Assembly (NCBI GenBank): GCA_000708835.1
Contig: DF236985.1
Location: forward strand, 1 to 64,000
DNA from: Klebsormidium nitens
Taxonomy: Eukaryota > Plantae > Klebsormidiophyceae
Reading direction: 5' to 3'
DNA: 64,000 nt
Of the stretch, positions 12,401 to 24,600 are shown piece by piece. A model generated the notes under the pieces. The model worked only from the letters and a program-made list of their open reading frames with translations, was not told the DNA's origin and searched no databases. Made by a program: the position numbers and the translations under genes. Each line of letters starts with the position of its first letter. Within the stretch, counting starts at the first letter, position 1.

Positions 12401-14205
12401 GAGTACGCAAGCATGCCGGTAAGTGCGTTCCGCCTGTCTATTCAATTCCATCTGAACAGAATATGTCTTGTTGACGAAAGTAAACGGAAAGCGACGTGGC
12501 ACTTCTGGTAGTAGATCACGCCAACATGCCGAGAATCACTATGGCTCTCGATCTTGGAAGACCAAAAGCTCCAGACAATCTGAGAGTGTAAATCTTGCAG
12601 TCCCTCAAGACCGAAAACGTCCGAAACATTAAACTCTTGGAACCCGTCAAATTTGTGTCGTGTTCTTCTAGCCCGGCCTAACCCCCCGTCAAGATCCCAT
12701 GACGTCCTGGAATCACTTGCGCTCTACAGCTATATGGAAGCGTGTTAAAATCCTTTTTTGTCCGTTTGATTTCTCTGTGGGTTTTATCGCGCTGGCATCA
12801 CAAGCAGGAATCAAACCGGAAACCGTGCAGGATGAGTATGGACCATCCCTGTTAACGAACTTGAAGCCCAAATGGAGTATCTAGGGGGTTGAGGCGTGCA
12901 AGTATATGCTATCTATCAGGCTGTTTTGCGCCTCTCTTTACAAACAGAGGATGCTCACATCGACGAATATTTTCGACAAACATTGGCACTCGTCTCATAT
13001 TTCATCCACTCAAGAGCTTTTAGTCCATTCTGACCTACTTTACGCTAACTTGTCGATCAGTCACGTGCAATGGAACAAATGCCGCAAGAGGGAAAAGCGG
13101 GGGGGCTCGGGGGGCTGCAGCCCCCCTGGTTTTGGGGGTGGAAAAAGGGACGGGGGAATACGTTCCGGGCAAGTATCATCGTTGGTTTTGGCTGCAGGTT
13201 CCCTTCGCGTTCTACCACTTGCTGAACGTCATGGCCATCGGATACCTGCTGCTGCTGGCTTACACTCAGGTAATCGCGGTTCGCGTTTCGCGCCCCGATC
13301 CTGGATTCTCAAGTTTGTGAGAAGCGCCTGTCAAATGCGGACTGGCTTACAGAGTGTTCCAAGTCGGGCCTCTTTTGCTGGGTCCCTTGCTTCTTAAGGT
13401 GGGCTCGAATCGTATTCCGCTGCTGTTTTCGAGTCCGCCTGCAATCGAGCGGATCCTAGTTGGAGATTTGCAATTTTCTTTGTTGAGGGCATGAACCCTG
13501 GTATATGGTATCACGACCGGAACATTCCCTTCGGCAGGCACAAAGAGAAGCCACTTCCGAGCACGTTCAGTGAATGGAACTCAAGAAGATAATAATAAGC
13601 CAGGATAATGATAAGTTAACCGCACAAGGACGGGTAGGGTTAGTTTGGTGGTTAGGGCGGGTACGGGGTGCGGAGCAGGTATCTTTGTGGGTTAGGGTTT
13701 CTAGATTTAGTCAGAGCTCATTATTATCTTGGCTCATTATTACCTTTCTTGAGATTCATGTTCAGTGGTGGCCTCCGTTTACGCTCTCTGTTGGTCTGCA
13801 GTTCTGCGAGAGTAGGCCGATGTTCAGTAGGCTGGCTTCGTTCTCTTGTACTTTCAAAGTAGGCTCCGACAGGCCTTGCTGACCTTAGGCTGACGTGCGG
13901 AAAGCCGTGCTTAGACATACGCTTCGTCCGCCAACGAGCGAGCACACGCCCCTTTCATCTTACCCACTATACTCTCGAGGTTTACTCTCGTTCAGGTGTT
14001 CTCGTCCTACTTCTACGGCATTTTCCCCATGGCGCTCACCGCTTTAGTTACGCTCGGCCTGCGCGAGCTGTCCAACGCGCTCGCGGACCCGTTCAACGAG
14101 GACGACACGGACATTGCGATTCTGGACATGGCGGCGAGCGCGCGCGCAGAGTTCAAGGCCATCCTGGACTTTGAGCTGCCCGACTACGAGAACAAGGAAG
14201 ACTAG
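9497..14205 (+). CDS. Bestrophin-family (YneE/VCCN-like) anion channel, intact copy B; exons 9497(or 9473)-9676, 10860-11152, 11506-11800, 12278-12418, 13198-13269, 13996-14205 (~400 aa)
   Basis: All six exons have GT-AG boundaries with consistent phase. Motifs: FCLVFQTTQSYNRF (equivalent of LLVFRTNxAYxRW), MPVPFAFYHLL, and GLRELSNALADPFNEDDTD (acidic C-terminal segment). Several hydrophobic TM stretches. Confidence 0.85.
12150..12260 (-). repeat. Old degenerate relative of the ~186-bp MITE core (also at ~1925-2035 and ~5955-6040)
   Basis: The reverse strand reads gggacgggtgcggtta..gggaacgggtgcggagcaggta, similar to the core of 13573-13759. It is present at the same intron position in both bestrophin copies, so it predates the duplication. 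Confidence 0.5.
13573..13759. mobile_element. ~187-bp MITE with ~42-bp imperfect TIRs and 8-bp TSD (hAT-like)
   Basis: TSD gttcagtg at 13565-13572 and 13760-13767. Left end aatggaactcaagaagataataataagccaggataat vs right end reverse complement atgaatctcaagaaaggtaataatgagccaagataat. Empty site in copy A at ~590-605. Confidence 0.85.
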
Positions 14206-15499
14206 TTTGGCGACTGTGCGGCGGAGTTAGAGAGGAAAAAAGGGTGGAGAAAAGAAGGGAAATGCAAGGGAGGAGTCAGGACCTGACGGTTGCAAAAGAG
14301 AACTAGAAATAGGAAGGGGGGAGCAAGATAGAAAAGAAGGAGAAGGGCAAGAGAGGTAGGGAAAGTTAAGAAGGATAAAGGAGGAGGAAAAACGCAACCG
14401 CTAAGGGAAAGCGGGGGCAATTGACAGGGCTGCAGCGTAACGCTTGCGCGGCCTGCTTCGAAGTTTGGAACCATTTTGGAGATCAAAGGAACTAGTGACG
14501 CGAATCTGCGAGCGGTTTTGTCCTACTTATATATTGTGCTTAATGCGCAGCGACGGTAGCCTAGCGTTCTTGCGTCCAGTGCCCGACAAGACTCTGTCTT
14601 GCAGTCTGTACCTTTGACATAAGTAAACCGTGGATACGCGCAGCAGTGATGACGGTAGCCGGTTTAGATCAAGCACGGGGTTAAATGTAGTACGTCGTTG
14701 TAACGTAGGCATGCAAGCCAGTTAAAGGAGATACGTACAATGACTAGATAGTCAATCATGCATATATGTTTCTGGGCTGAGGTAGAAGCATGGCAGGACT
14801 TTTGGACTTAATACCTGCAGGAGGTCGTGCACTGTACGTCATCGAAGCTAGCTCCAACAGGATCGAAAGCCTGCACGTTCCGGGCTCCGTTTAAGGACCT
14901 AGATTTGCTATGAGTTTAGTCAGCCATAACCTCATTCATGAGCTAGATCCGAGCTAATCGCCGCGCGTCCTTCATTGAAGGAGAAAAACTCAACGTACTA
15001 AAAATGAACTTTGCATGTTGTATCTGTGACCATGCATTCGGGCCAAGCCGAGCGCTGAGTACATGTGCCGGCCATGCAGTACGTCGCATTCACTAGTAGC
15101 TTCGCATTCGCGCCAGGCTTCAGTCCGTTGTGGCCTAGCAGGAGCCAACTGCAATGATCAAAACGGCCCAGCCAACCGGTACGGTATCACTGGCATGAGT
15201 TCAAATGGCCGGACCTTCGAACTCCCCCGCAAGGGCCGCGCACAGACCCGCTGGCCGCGGCCAGGAACGGATCACATTGATCGATCCCAATTCGATCTGG
15301 CGTCTTCGATCAGAAGAATTAACGTAATGCATGAAAATCAAAAGCACGGATGCTCTAGTGCGTGCCCTGGACTTGATATAAGAGCACTTTTTGTCATATT
15401 TGGCATCGCAGTCATACTTTTAAACGCGTGTCATCAACTGAGTGGTCCAATGACTGTTCCTTTCGTGGGCAAATTACCTGCCGGGCGCGGCTTAATGAG

Positions 15500-18400
15500 T
15501 CACGCCATGACTTTCAGCAGTTCCCGGAGGCCCCAATACACCTCTCTGCTCGCGTGATCTCGCAACATGGACTCGGACAACACTATCCTGCTAAAGCGTG
15601 CTCTTTCCGTTCCTCGAATCAAACTGTACACTCTCGCGGCCGGTTCGCTCACGTCGTCCCGGGCTCTGCTCTCTTTGTCCTTATGTACAAGGTGGTACAA
15701 TCGCCCAGGCGCGAACAGCTCCTCTTGCGGACCTGTGGCAGGGCTCTGGTTACCGTTAGAACCATCCCCGTCAATTCTGCCGTTTTCTGACGCGTCTCCT
15801 GCTTGCCTATCTACCGACTGCCCGTCCGTGCCCCGCCCCGCCCGGTCCCTTTCGTCCGAGCACTCCCCCCGAGCAGTTTCCGCGCCTCCAGACCCCTCCG
15901 ATCCGGCCTCGTTTCCCCCCCCGGCCCCCTCCGCACCTTCGCCCCGAGTGCTACCCCGCTCGCGTCCGTCAGCTATCCGTTCGTCGGCTCCTACCGGTCT
16001 ATCTCTTGAATCCATTTCATCGCCCCTAGCAAAGTTGTCTCCCGGTCTCCTGCCCCGCTTCTCGGCCCCGGGCTGGGTCGGTTCACCTGTGGCGACTTCA
16101 ATTTTCAGCTTGCTCGCGAGCACGGCAGGCGCATAATCCATTGCAACCGCTTGCAGCTTTTGCAGCGTTGGCTGGAGCGACTCCAAATGACGGCTCGCCA
16201 CGCCCCTCAGGCTTGCAAGACTCTCCCCCGGACCGGCCACGTTCCTGTGTCAAGCAATTGTAGCGAGTTAAGCGACAAACATTTGAGGCAAACTTCTCAA
16301 GGTTCTGAATCATGCAATTATGAAAGATTTGAAAGAAAGGAGCCCACAGCCACAGCGACTCGCGTTGTTGTGGTACGCGAAGATATACCAAACAGGAAGT
16401 AGACCGCAGGGAGGAGGAAAGGAATCAGGAACTTCACGAGCTCTGCTTGAAAGAGAAACCAATTTCAAATAAGAAGACACCATCGGCACCCCTCTCAATC
16501 CTACTCTGCTCCAGCGATAATTTCATTCGCGTTTGCTAATGTTGAAGCGCCAAAGCAGTCCAGAAAGGAAACGAAAGGGACGCTGATGTTACAGTGACGT
16601 CATCAATCAAAGTCTCAAGGCCCATCGATCGGTTCGCTCGACCCCACCCCGGAGGCACTCCACAATATGTGCGGCGCAGTGGTTTGAGAACGGGTTGAGG
16701 CCACGGTTCACAGTGAAAGAAGAGGAAGCAAGGGGACGTTGACTTTACGTTGATGTCAAGCCCACCGTTCTTACGCTCGCCCTCGCGGGGGATGCAAGTG
16801 CCCATGGCGCAACGTATGAAACTGGAGAACGCCTCACTTAACAGTGCAAAAATGGAACCAGATGGGACGCTGACGCAACGGCGACGTTCTCAACCGGCTT
16901 CTCAAGACCCTCCAGAGGGTGCAACCGGTCTTAGAAAGCCCACCAGACGGTGCGCTCGATCTTCAGTCACTGGGCAATCTCAACGTGTGGCGCCGCACCC
17001 TTCCCGACGACGAAAATGGAATGTTTGACCATGAAAAAACGGAAACAGAGGGGACGCTGGCGTTACGGTGATGCTCACAAGACTCACTGGCTGGTGAGAC
17101 CTTGTCGCGAAGGCAATGCGACAAAGGGCGCCGCGCCCTACTCAAACCGAGAAGCGCCAGATTTGACAATTGAACAGTTTGAACGAAGCGGACGCTGACG
17201 TCAAGGTGACGTCAAGCGGCATCAAAATACCCACCAGTCGGTGAGCGCAACCTAGCGACGCAGTCGGTCCATGACGCGTGCTGCGCACCATCCGAGATCG
17301 ATTGAGCTAAATGCTGAAAACTTGGCAGAACGGAGTTGGCAACCTGAGAGAACGGAAAGAAAGGGGGCGATGACGTGACGGTGACGTCAACCGCTCTCTC
17401 AACAGACCCACCAGTCGGTCTGCTCGACCTCGCGCCGGAGGCGGTCCATGGCGCGCGCGCTCGCCCGTGGGATGACGTCATCCTGCATCACGAGCGTGCG
17501 CGCAAACGCGCTCGTGCGGTCGGCGAGCGACCGGGAGAGGCACGCCGGTGGGGAGAAACAGACAGCGGAGATTTTATCCGGGGGGACGCCCACGAGGTCT
17601 GGTTGATCCCGGAGGAGGATGGTTGTGACGGCGGCGGTGCCCCCCCCGAGGGAGTGCCCGACGAGGCGCAGTGCGTATCCCTGCCCAAAATGCAAAAGAC
17701 GTCGGTTAGGAGTTTGAGCTTGAGCGGGCTGACGACGGCAACTACAAGGGTAAAATAGCGGTCACATGCAAACACGTTTTCTTCGCGTGCGAATCGGAAA
17801 TAATCTACGAATGTTCGATTCCAGGGGGATGCATCACTTTCTTCTAGCGTCACTTCAGGAATCCTATGACTGAAGATCATGCACTCATGCATGGATCCTT
17901 TCAAAGCCAATATATCGTAGTGAAATACTTACGTGTCCAGAAATTCCAAACACATGAAGATGACTCCTGACAATCATGCACGCTAGTAGTCCCGGAAGAA
18001 CGCAGTCGATGCAAATGTCAAAGGGGGTTCAGGCTGAGACACATCCTTCGTGGGGCCTCACCGGGTTCTGCTGGAGTTGCTTCTTGAGCGTTGAAGCCTC
18101 GTTCTTCACGAACCACTTAGCCGCATGCAGGATCCCTGCATGCGCAAATCCTCCATCCAGGAACTCCTCCCCCGCGGTCGCTAGGTCGGTGAAGAGGTCG
18201 TGCGCTTGCGTGGTGCCGCGAATCCCTAGAATGATCAGCCGCCGCCGGTCGTCGGCTGCGATATAGTAAGCGGGGCGCAGGATGGTGGCCTGCCAGAAGA
18301 GAATTTGTTCATCTCAAGCTAGCGGATCGGAAGTTCTACAAGGTTGTGAATTGAAAATTCGTAGTATGCTAGTAATCCTTAATCAGAGGATATTCCGCTT

Positions 18401-21015
18401 TGCGGCCATACCCGTCCTAAGCCACTATGTCACACAACCCGTCCTAGTCACCATCCACGAGTTCAGAGTCCAGTGGAGTCGTCGAAATGAAGGTTTTTAA
18501 TTTCCTGCTCAAGCGGAAGAAAGTCGTGACGATGCAAGGGAGCAGCGACCAGATGAGAGAAGAAGGCCACATGCTGTGGACCGCCTATTTGCAGAATGAA
18601 AAGGCGTCCACTCCAGAGAACAACCTTTTCAATACAGTCAGCTTCATCTTGCGAAGGCAAGATTCTTATGCTCTGTTTCGTCGACTACCTTTCCACCTGA
18701 CGAAGCGAAGAGCGTCCTTCCCTTCAATTGTCAAACGAGAGAAAGAACCTCGGCCTCAAGAGAATGCCTCCATCCAAGCCCCGCAAGAGCTGATGTCTCC
18801 TTTCATCACTACGAAGATAGAAACCATACAGCCGGTAGATTACCGTAAATCCGATGTACCAAAGGACTGTCATGGTCTGATGCAACAACTCGAAAACCTC
18901 GACAACGCTTGCTGATTTACTTGGAACATTCACTTTCCTGCTTGTGCCGATACTTACCCTCGCCTTGAACTTGGCCACACGACACTCCCGGAGCATGCTC
19001 ACACGCGCCAGCCCCGCTGCGTCCTGCGCATACGCCCCACGGGCCAGCTCGAGATGGTACAGAAAGTCTTCCGCCACGCCCCGGTCTTCGACGACTTCGC
19101 CTGGAGTGTCGAAAGTCAAGGGTTAAAACAAGAAAGCAGACTTTCATCCTACTACATTTTCTGGTTGTAGGGAAATGGCAAAGGTTAACGCCCGGGACAA
19201 GGGCCCTTACTCCAAAACCAGGATAGACGGGATGCGAGTATGAAGGAAGGTCCACGTTCCTGTTTTAAAAGGGGGTGATTTGACGTCCCACGGCGGTGTC
19301 GAATGTGCCTCGCATCGTGACCTTCCAACTCTTCATACTTATTTGAAGCTCAATCAGTGTGTGTGCCTCTGATGACTTGAGTGACTCGAAGCATATCACA
19401 GCGCAGTAGCGTGGTGCATGGAGCTCACGCTACCTGGGATCGTGTCTTGCACACCCTCTGCCACGTGCTTGAGGGAGAGCAGGTACAGGCCCAAGGTAAG
19501 GTCGGAGAGCGACCAGGGGTCCATCCCTGCGGTTGTCGCTTGCATCGAAGAGGCGATGTCCGCTAGCATTCGCAAGTTGGCCACGCTTTCGAGCTCAGAG
19601 CCTGGGAAGAAAAACGCGGGAATGAGGACCCCGAAAGTGAGAGTAGTACACGCTCTCGAGATAAGGGGAAAGCAAGCTGTTGGGTGACATAGACCCGGGA
19701 AGTCTTTAAGCTTGGAAACCGAAAGAGGAGGGTGGTAGCTGAACTTAAAATGCGCTCGGCTTTCAGAAGGGCGAAAGATCAAAGCATGTTCCTAATCAGT
19801 AACCAGCCCTGACAGGAGGAGACAGTAGACAGTAGACAGGAGGAAATACGGCGTGAGGACAGGGAGAGGATGGTGAAATGGCCAAGCTCAACAATCTGCC
19901 TTGAGAGCAGACTTTCTGGCTGTCCTTTTGAATTGGTGCATGCAGGTGGCCAGAATCCAGACTCATGATCAGGCATCTGTTCGCCAACATGGTGCATGTT
20001 CACTAGCCACCCTGTATCAGTAGTTGCTAAAATAGTCTCCTTGAATCCAATCTCCTTTGCATTCAAGAAGTTCAGATGTTCCAACATTGGTGTGCGGAGC
20101 AAAGGTCATCGAAAGCATTCTTCAAGCTTTTGAAATTGCCTGTCAGAGCAGAAGAGAGAAGTAGATGTAATTGGGGGTCAATCAGCAACAGCAAACGACA
20201 AGCTTGTCCAACTTGAAAGCCCGGAAAGTCAGAAACTGAAAACTCATTTTCTGAATGAAGCACACATGACAGCGCATACCTTTTGCAATCGCTCGCTTGT
20301 ACAGTCCAATGACAGGGTCTGCAATGTCCTGGAAAATCTGCAGCCCCACTTTCTCTTTCAGAGTGGCGTACCCATCCTTCACCACGTCCAACTTTCCCCT
20401 CTCCAGCTTCCGCTCATCATCTCCAGCCTCCGGAAGAGCTTCTATTCTACCGTCTCCATCGCTGTCAATGGCAAAGAGCTCACTGGTACTGTCCTCGTTA
20501 AGTTCCTCTTCTTCAGAGCTTGCTCCTGTTGCCTCAGCTTGTGCGGACTTAATTGATGACGCGTCTTGCCGCTGTTGGAGCCCCAGATGCCTCAGGATAA
20601 TATCCGCCAGCTCATTGTCTTTTCCTGCTCCCCATTCGCTGGCATCGAACCCCAGACGCCGCAGCCATTCCGGCCCTCCTTTCTGTTCCACCACCTCTTC
20701 TTCTTTCGCAGCAGCATCTGCGCTACCCTGTTCTCCCAGACTTTTCCCAGATGAATCTTTCAGCAAATCTCTTGCGGTCTGGAAGCTTCTAGGAACGCCC
20801 CATGAAGCGGTGGCAGTCTCTCGCAGCTCCACGGTTCTGTTGTTGGCTCGCTGCTTTAGGATCTCTAGCTTCAGTCGACTCAGGATAGCTGCCACTGACG
20901 ATTGAAAATGCGGCGACCTCATCTCCTCAACAGCTGTCCGCTTCCCCTCGTGCTGAATGAAGGGGAGACGAGACGCTGCAAGGAGCACCAGGGCGGCGGC
21001 AAGCTTTCGGCCCAT
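15500..21015 (-). CDS. Class-3 lipase (DAG-lipase-like alpha/beta hydrolase), multi-exon; exons approx. 21015-20280, 19601-19434, 19104-18957, 18288-18060, 17680-17410, ~16190-15500
   Basis: Catalytic VGHSLGGG motif, with the expected LGIRGT..DLFTD, AHAGILHAA and QDDVIPRAS elements and the plant-type PWSLSDLTLGLYLL motif. GT-AG phases fit for exons 1-5; the start codon and last acceptor are uncertain. Confidence 0.85.
16575..17440. repeat. Tandem degenerate copies (~150-190 bp period) of the lipase exon-5 donor junction inside the following intron
   Basis: Recurring gggacgctgacg..gtgacgtca..cccaccagtcggt units at ~16577, 16733, 16864, 17051, 17191 and the real junction at ~17367-17440. The 17230 copy also keeps ~60 bp of exon sequence (cggtccatgacgcg). 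Confidence 0.7.
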
Positions 21016-21622
21016 CGCTGCCCGTCAAGGCTTCCATCAAAAGGAGGACTTAGAGAAGCTGTCCTTTTTTCCTTAGCTTCCGAGTCAGCATTCCATTCCA
21101 TACATGCGCCTCCCTCACTAATTGAATGCTGACTCAAGTGCTTCAACTTCAAGCTTGCATGGCAGCTTTCTCTGGTACACAAAGGGATGCGCAGAAGGAG
21201 AGCACTGTGTCCGTCGATTGTGCAATTTTCCTCTCTGAAGGGCTAGATCGACATTGATAGGCCGTCGATAGAAGCTAATGATCATCTACGGCTCGCAGGA
21301 CATGACGCTCAGCATGGGCCACATTGCGCTCAGTTCGTTCTCACCAACTTGAAGTGACCAATCTTGGTTTGTTCAGGAGCAGAGATCCCGCCACCACTTT
21401 TCTGTCCAGGTCCACTGAGTCCGTGGAACTGCAATGGGGGAGCCTCCAGGCTGCGCTTTGACTGTTCTAGTCATCTGACAGGTTTCGGTCCAGGTGGGTT
21501 CAATGCAGAATGCTGTGGCGTACAGCTTTCTAAATTAAGAAAGCAGATTCTATTAAAGCCCTTCGACTCAAAGTGGGTTCATTTTCACTTGAAAGCTTTC
21601 CCTAAGGTCATCTAACCAAAGG

Positions 21623-24600
21623 ATGGCTTTACATCTCAGAGGGCGCTTGGCTGGTGAAGTCTCGCAGCTTCGTGCGATCCATGCAGCCTTCTTGCAAACA
21701 GTCAATTTGGAGGGGTTGGGGGCGCACAAAAGCAGCGGCGACTTACAATTCTCAGATGCTCCAGGTTCAAGGCAAGAAGAAGCATCCAGCAAAAATACTC
21801 AACCTCAGAGCCAAGGAGGAGAGTTGGGGCTCGATGGGAAGGTGGTCGAAGCAGTGTCAGACGGAGGCGCCCTGGAGAGTCCAAGTGATGCCCCAAAGAC
21901 GGCCCCGGTGAAGCCTCCTGAAAAGGGCAAGGGCAAACCTGGCTCATTTACAACGCCATTGGACCTAGTTAAGCAGCGGATGTGGCAGTCAGGGTTACAA
22001 GCAGCTGGGCCGCTTTCAACAGGTCCAGCAGAGGAAACAGCGTTGGGTTCTACTGCCTCTGCTTCTGGAGTTGGGAGAAAAACGGACACATCTGCGTCGG
22101 GGGCGAGACTTTCCGAGGGTGGTGCAAAGACAGGCAGCATTCAGTATCTGAATGTCCACAAGGAGAGACTGGCGGAGCTGAAAGCGCTAGAGGAGCTCAC
22201 GTTTGATGACGGTGAGTTTTCTTTCGAAGCTCATTCCAACTGCTCATCTTTCAGCTCAGGAATCTGCTCCGAGATCAAGGCTCAACTTTCTTGCAAAGGA
22301 ATGAAGTGAAGGTCGGTTCCTTGCAACTTCTTCAGTTCAACGTTTTGAGCCAAGGGCATCGCGACTCCTCCAACGCTTTGTGGTTATTGCCAATGAGTGG
22401 CTCAGCAACATTTTGTACGTCAATTGTCAGTGTGAGCCAGTCAGTAGCAAACTCAGTGCCCCTGCTGCCTGGTGACCCCAATAGATCCTTTCACGTTCGG
22501 TCTGGCATCAAAGTCACACAGGTTCGTCCTGCACTAGTACTATATTTCATGAGATAGTCCTCTGGTAAAGTACTTTGACTTTTACTACTTGTTAGAGCAC
22601 CTAGCGTCTACTTGAGACACTGGAGCTCCTGTGCTGCCCTGAAACTATCGCGCCTGCTGCTCTCAGGCCCCTGTCAATCAGCTACTTTTCTTTGAAGGCA
22701 GCAGAAGTAATGACAAGCTGACAGGTTGTATTTATGTTAGCTGATTCTCGCGAGTCAAAGCAAGTCACTTCCATTCTGAGAGTCCAAATACTCAAGTCTA
22801 GTTGACTCATTGAGACTTCTCTACACTAATCTAGGAGAATCTGGAGATACACAGGAGCTTTAGTGCTGTCCGCTCACATGCTTCCTTATTTTGCGCAGTT
22901 GACGCCTGGAGCCGCAAGAGCAGCGAGGGGGTAGAGCCTGGGGTGAAAGCGATGATGGCCGGGGAGTTGCAGCAGAGCAAGCTGCAGCTGATCAGCGCCT
23001 ACCATGACCTGCAGATTGTTCCCATGAGGAAGCTCTTTGCCTGGTGAGACTGACACCTCATGCTCCGGATGCTGCTAATCCGGCATGTAGTAATCGGGAT
23101 CAGGACAACTTCTGAGGATGAAGCTTCAAAACGGTTGCGAGTCAACTGAGGCAAGAGGGGTCCAGACATCACCTGAGCTAGAATGGGGGATATGATATTC
23201 CGGTTCGAGTCACATTTGGACTGGAACCAGTTTGCATTCAGGTTGAAAATTGCTTCAAAATATGTGCAGTGGCGGGTGTCTCTGAAGTCTAGGTATTTCT
23301 GAAGATTTTTCGTAGCTCTGTAATCAGGCAACGGAGGTCATTGTTTGTGGAGGTGAGTCGAGCGTGCCATTTTTTGCAGGGCGATCCCAACCGAAGAGGC
23401 GCTGGAAGCAATCAAGCAGTGCTCCCCAAAGGGCGTGGTGGAGGTAAGGACGCTTAAACCTTTCTACAGAGCTATCTGGCTCTTCTTGGCTGCTTAAGGG
23501 TTGCGTTCAGATACGGGGCCGAGGAAGGATGTCGGACCTGTCGTTCTGAACCTTAGAGACTTGGACAACAGTAAGTTATATGAGGGTTATCAAGGCAGGG
23601 GCTATGGTGGTAAACGGCGGCAGAATAGTCGATTTGCACTCATCATTCTGTCAGTCATTTTTGAAGAGGATTTAGATCGAACGTCTCTCTTAACAGCTGC
23701 AGAAGGTCGTGGAAGCTTTTGTAAGAGCCTGGCTTATCTCCCTTCTCTCGTGAAACATTCAGGGGGCCACCCTGCAATCCCGGCTCCTTTCAGAGCGAGC
23801 CGAATTGCTTCCCAAACAGAAGCGTCCGACAATGACGCGGGTTGTTCAGTCCTTTCCTGCACCAGGAAAACCGACGAACTCGAGTAAAATGGACAAACAC
23901 ATCGAGGTTTGGCTTGACAAAATCAGGTTTGATCTCTCTGACAAACCCAACGTACTCTCTGCAGATTGGCGCCGGCAGCGGATACTGGGCGGCGCTCCTC
24001 GAGGAGCGGGACGTCAGCGTGCGCGCGTTTGACCGGGACCCGGTGCACGAGCGCTACAACGGGCACCATTCCCCGGTCACTCCGGAGCAGCTGAGCGCTC
24101 TGGCGGAACGGATCGAGTATCCGAAGAAGTTGGAGCTGAATCTGGACGTAGAAATGATCCGGAGGCTTGGGTTCGGCTGGGTCGAAGGTGAGAAGAGAGA
24201 ATCCATGCGTCAAAGGAACGGCCACACTTGTATAGGCCCTTCTTGTAGAAAGCACCCTGGAATAACTTTGGGAGATAGAGAAGCAGTCGCTGAAGCATGC
24301 GCAGTGGCCGGCGAGCCCGAGCACGCGTATACTGGGGACGGCACAAGAATCGGATCTGCGTCCGCGTTTCGGCTAGCACCGCTTATCAAGGTGGTGGGCG
24401 GATTGTAACTGCTCAAAAGAAACAAAGGTTGTCGTCGCTAGTATTGGATAACATACACCCTTCGGCGTCTAGACCACTTTTTGAGGCAATGTTGCCTCCA
24501 GGAACAATCTAGCATCAGACTTGTTTGAGCTCTACGCATTTTGCTTCGAGCCGTTGGTTTGCATTTTCGACAATCAAATTTTGAACACATCTTCTGCTTG

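Larger units (their letters stand above)
8150..14075. repeat. Right arm of the inverted duplication
   Basis: Reverse complement of ~280-6860; unique spacer ~6860-8150. Confidence 0.9.

Noticed and set aside
13636-13710. TTAGGG-like words as an interstitial telomere
   Set aside because: Isolated, non-tandem words that belong to the MITE core.
15567-16136. Plus-strand 189-aa ORF and similar long ORFs (20297-20905, 29485-30151, 41460-41798, 59196-60295)
   Set aside because: Antisense shadows of GC-rich exons, with low-complexity translations and no motifs.
18487-18915. 142-aa plus-strand ORF nested in a lipase intron
   Set aside because: No recognisable domain, codon bias or splice context.
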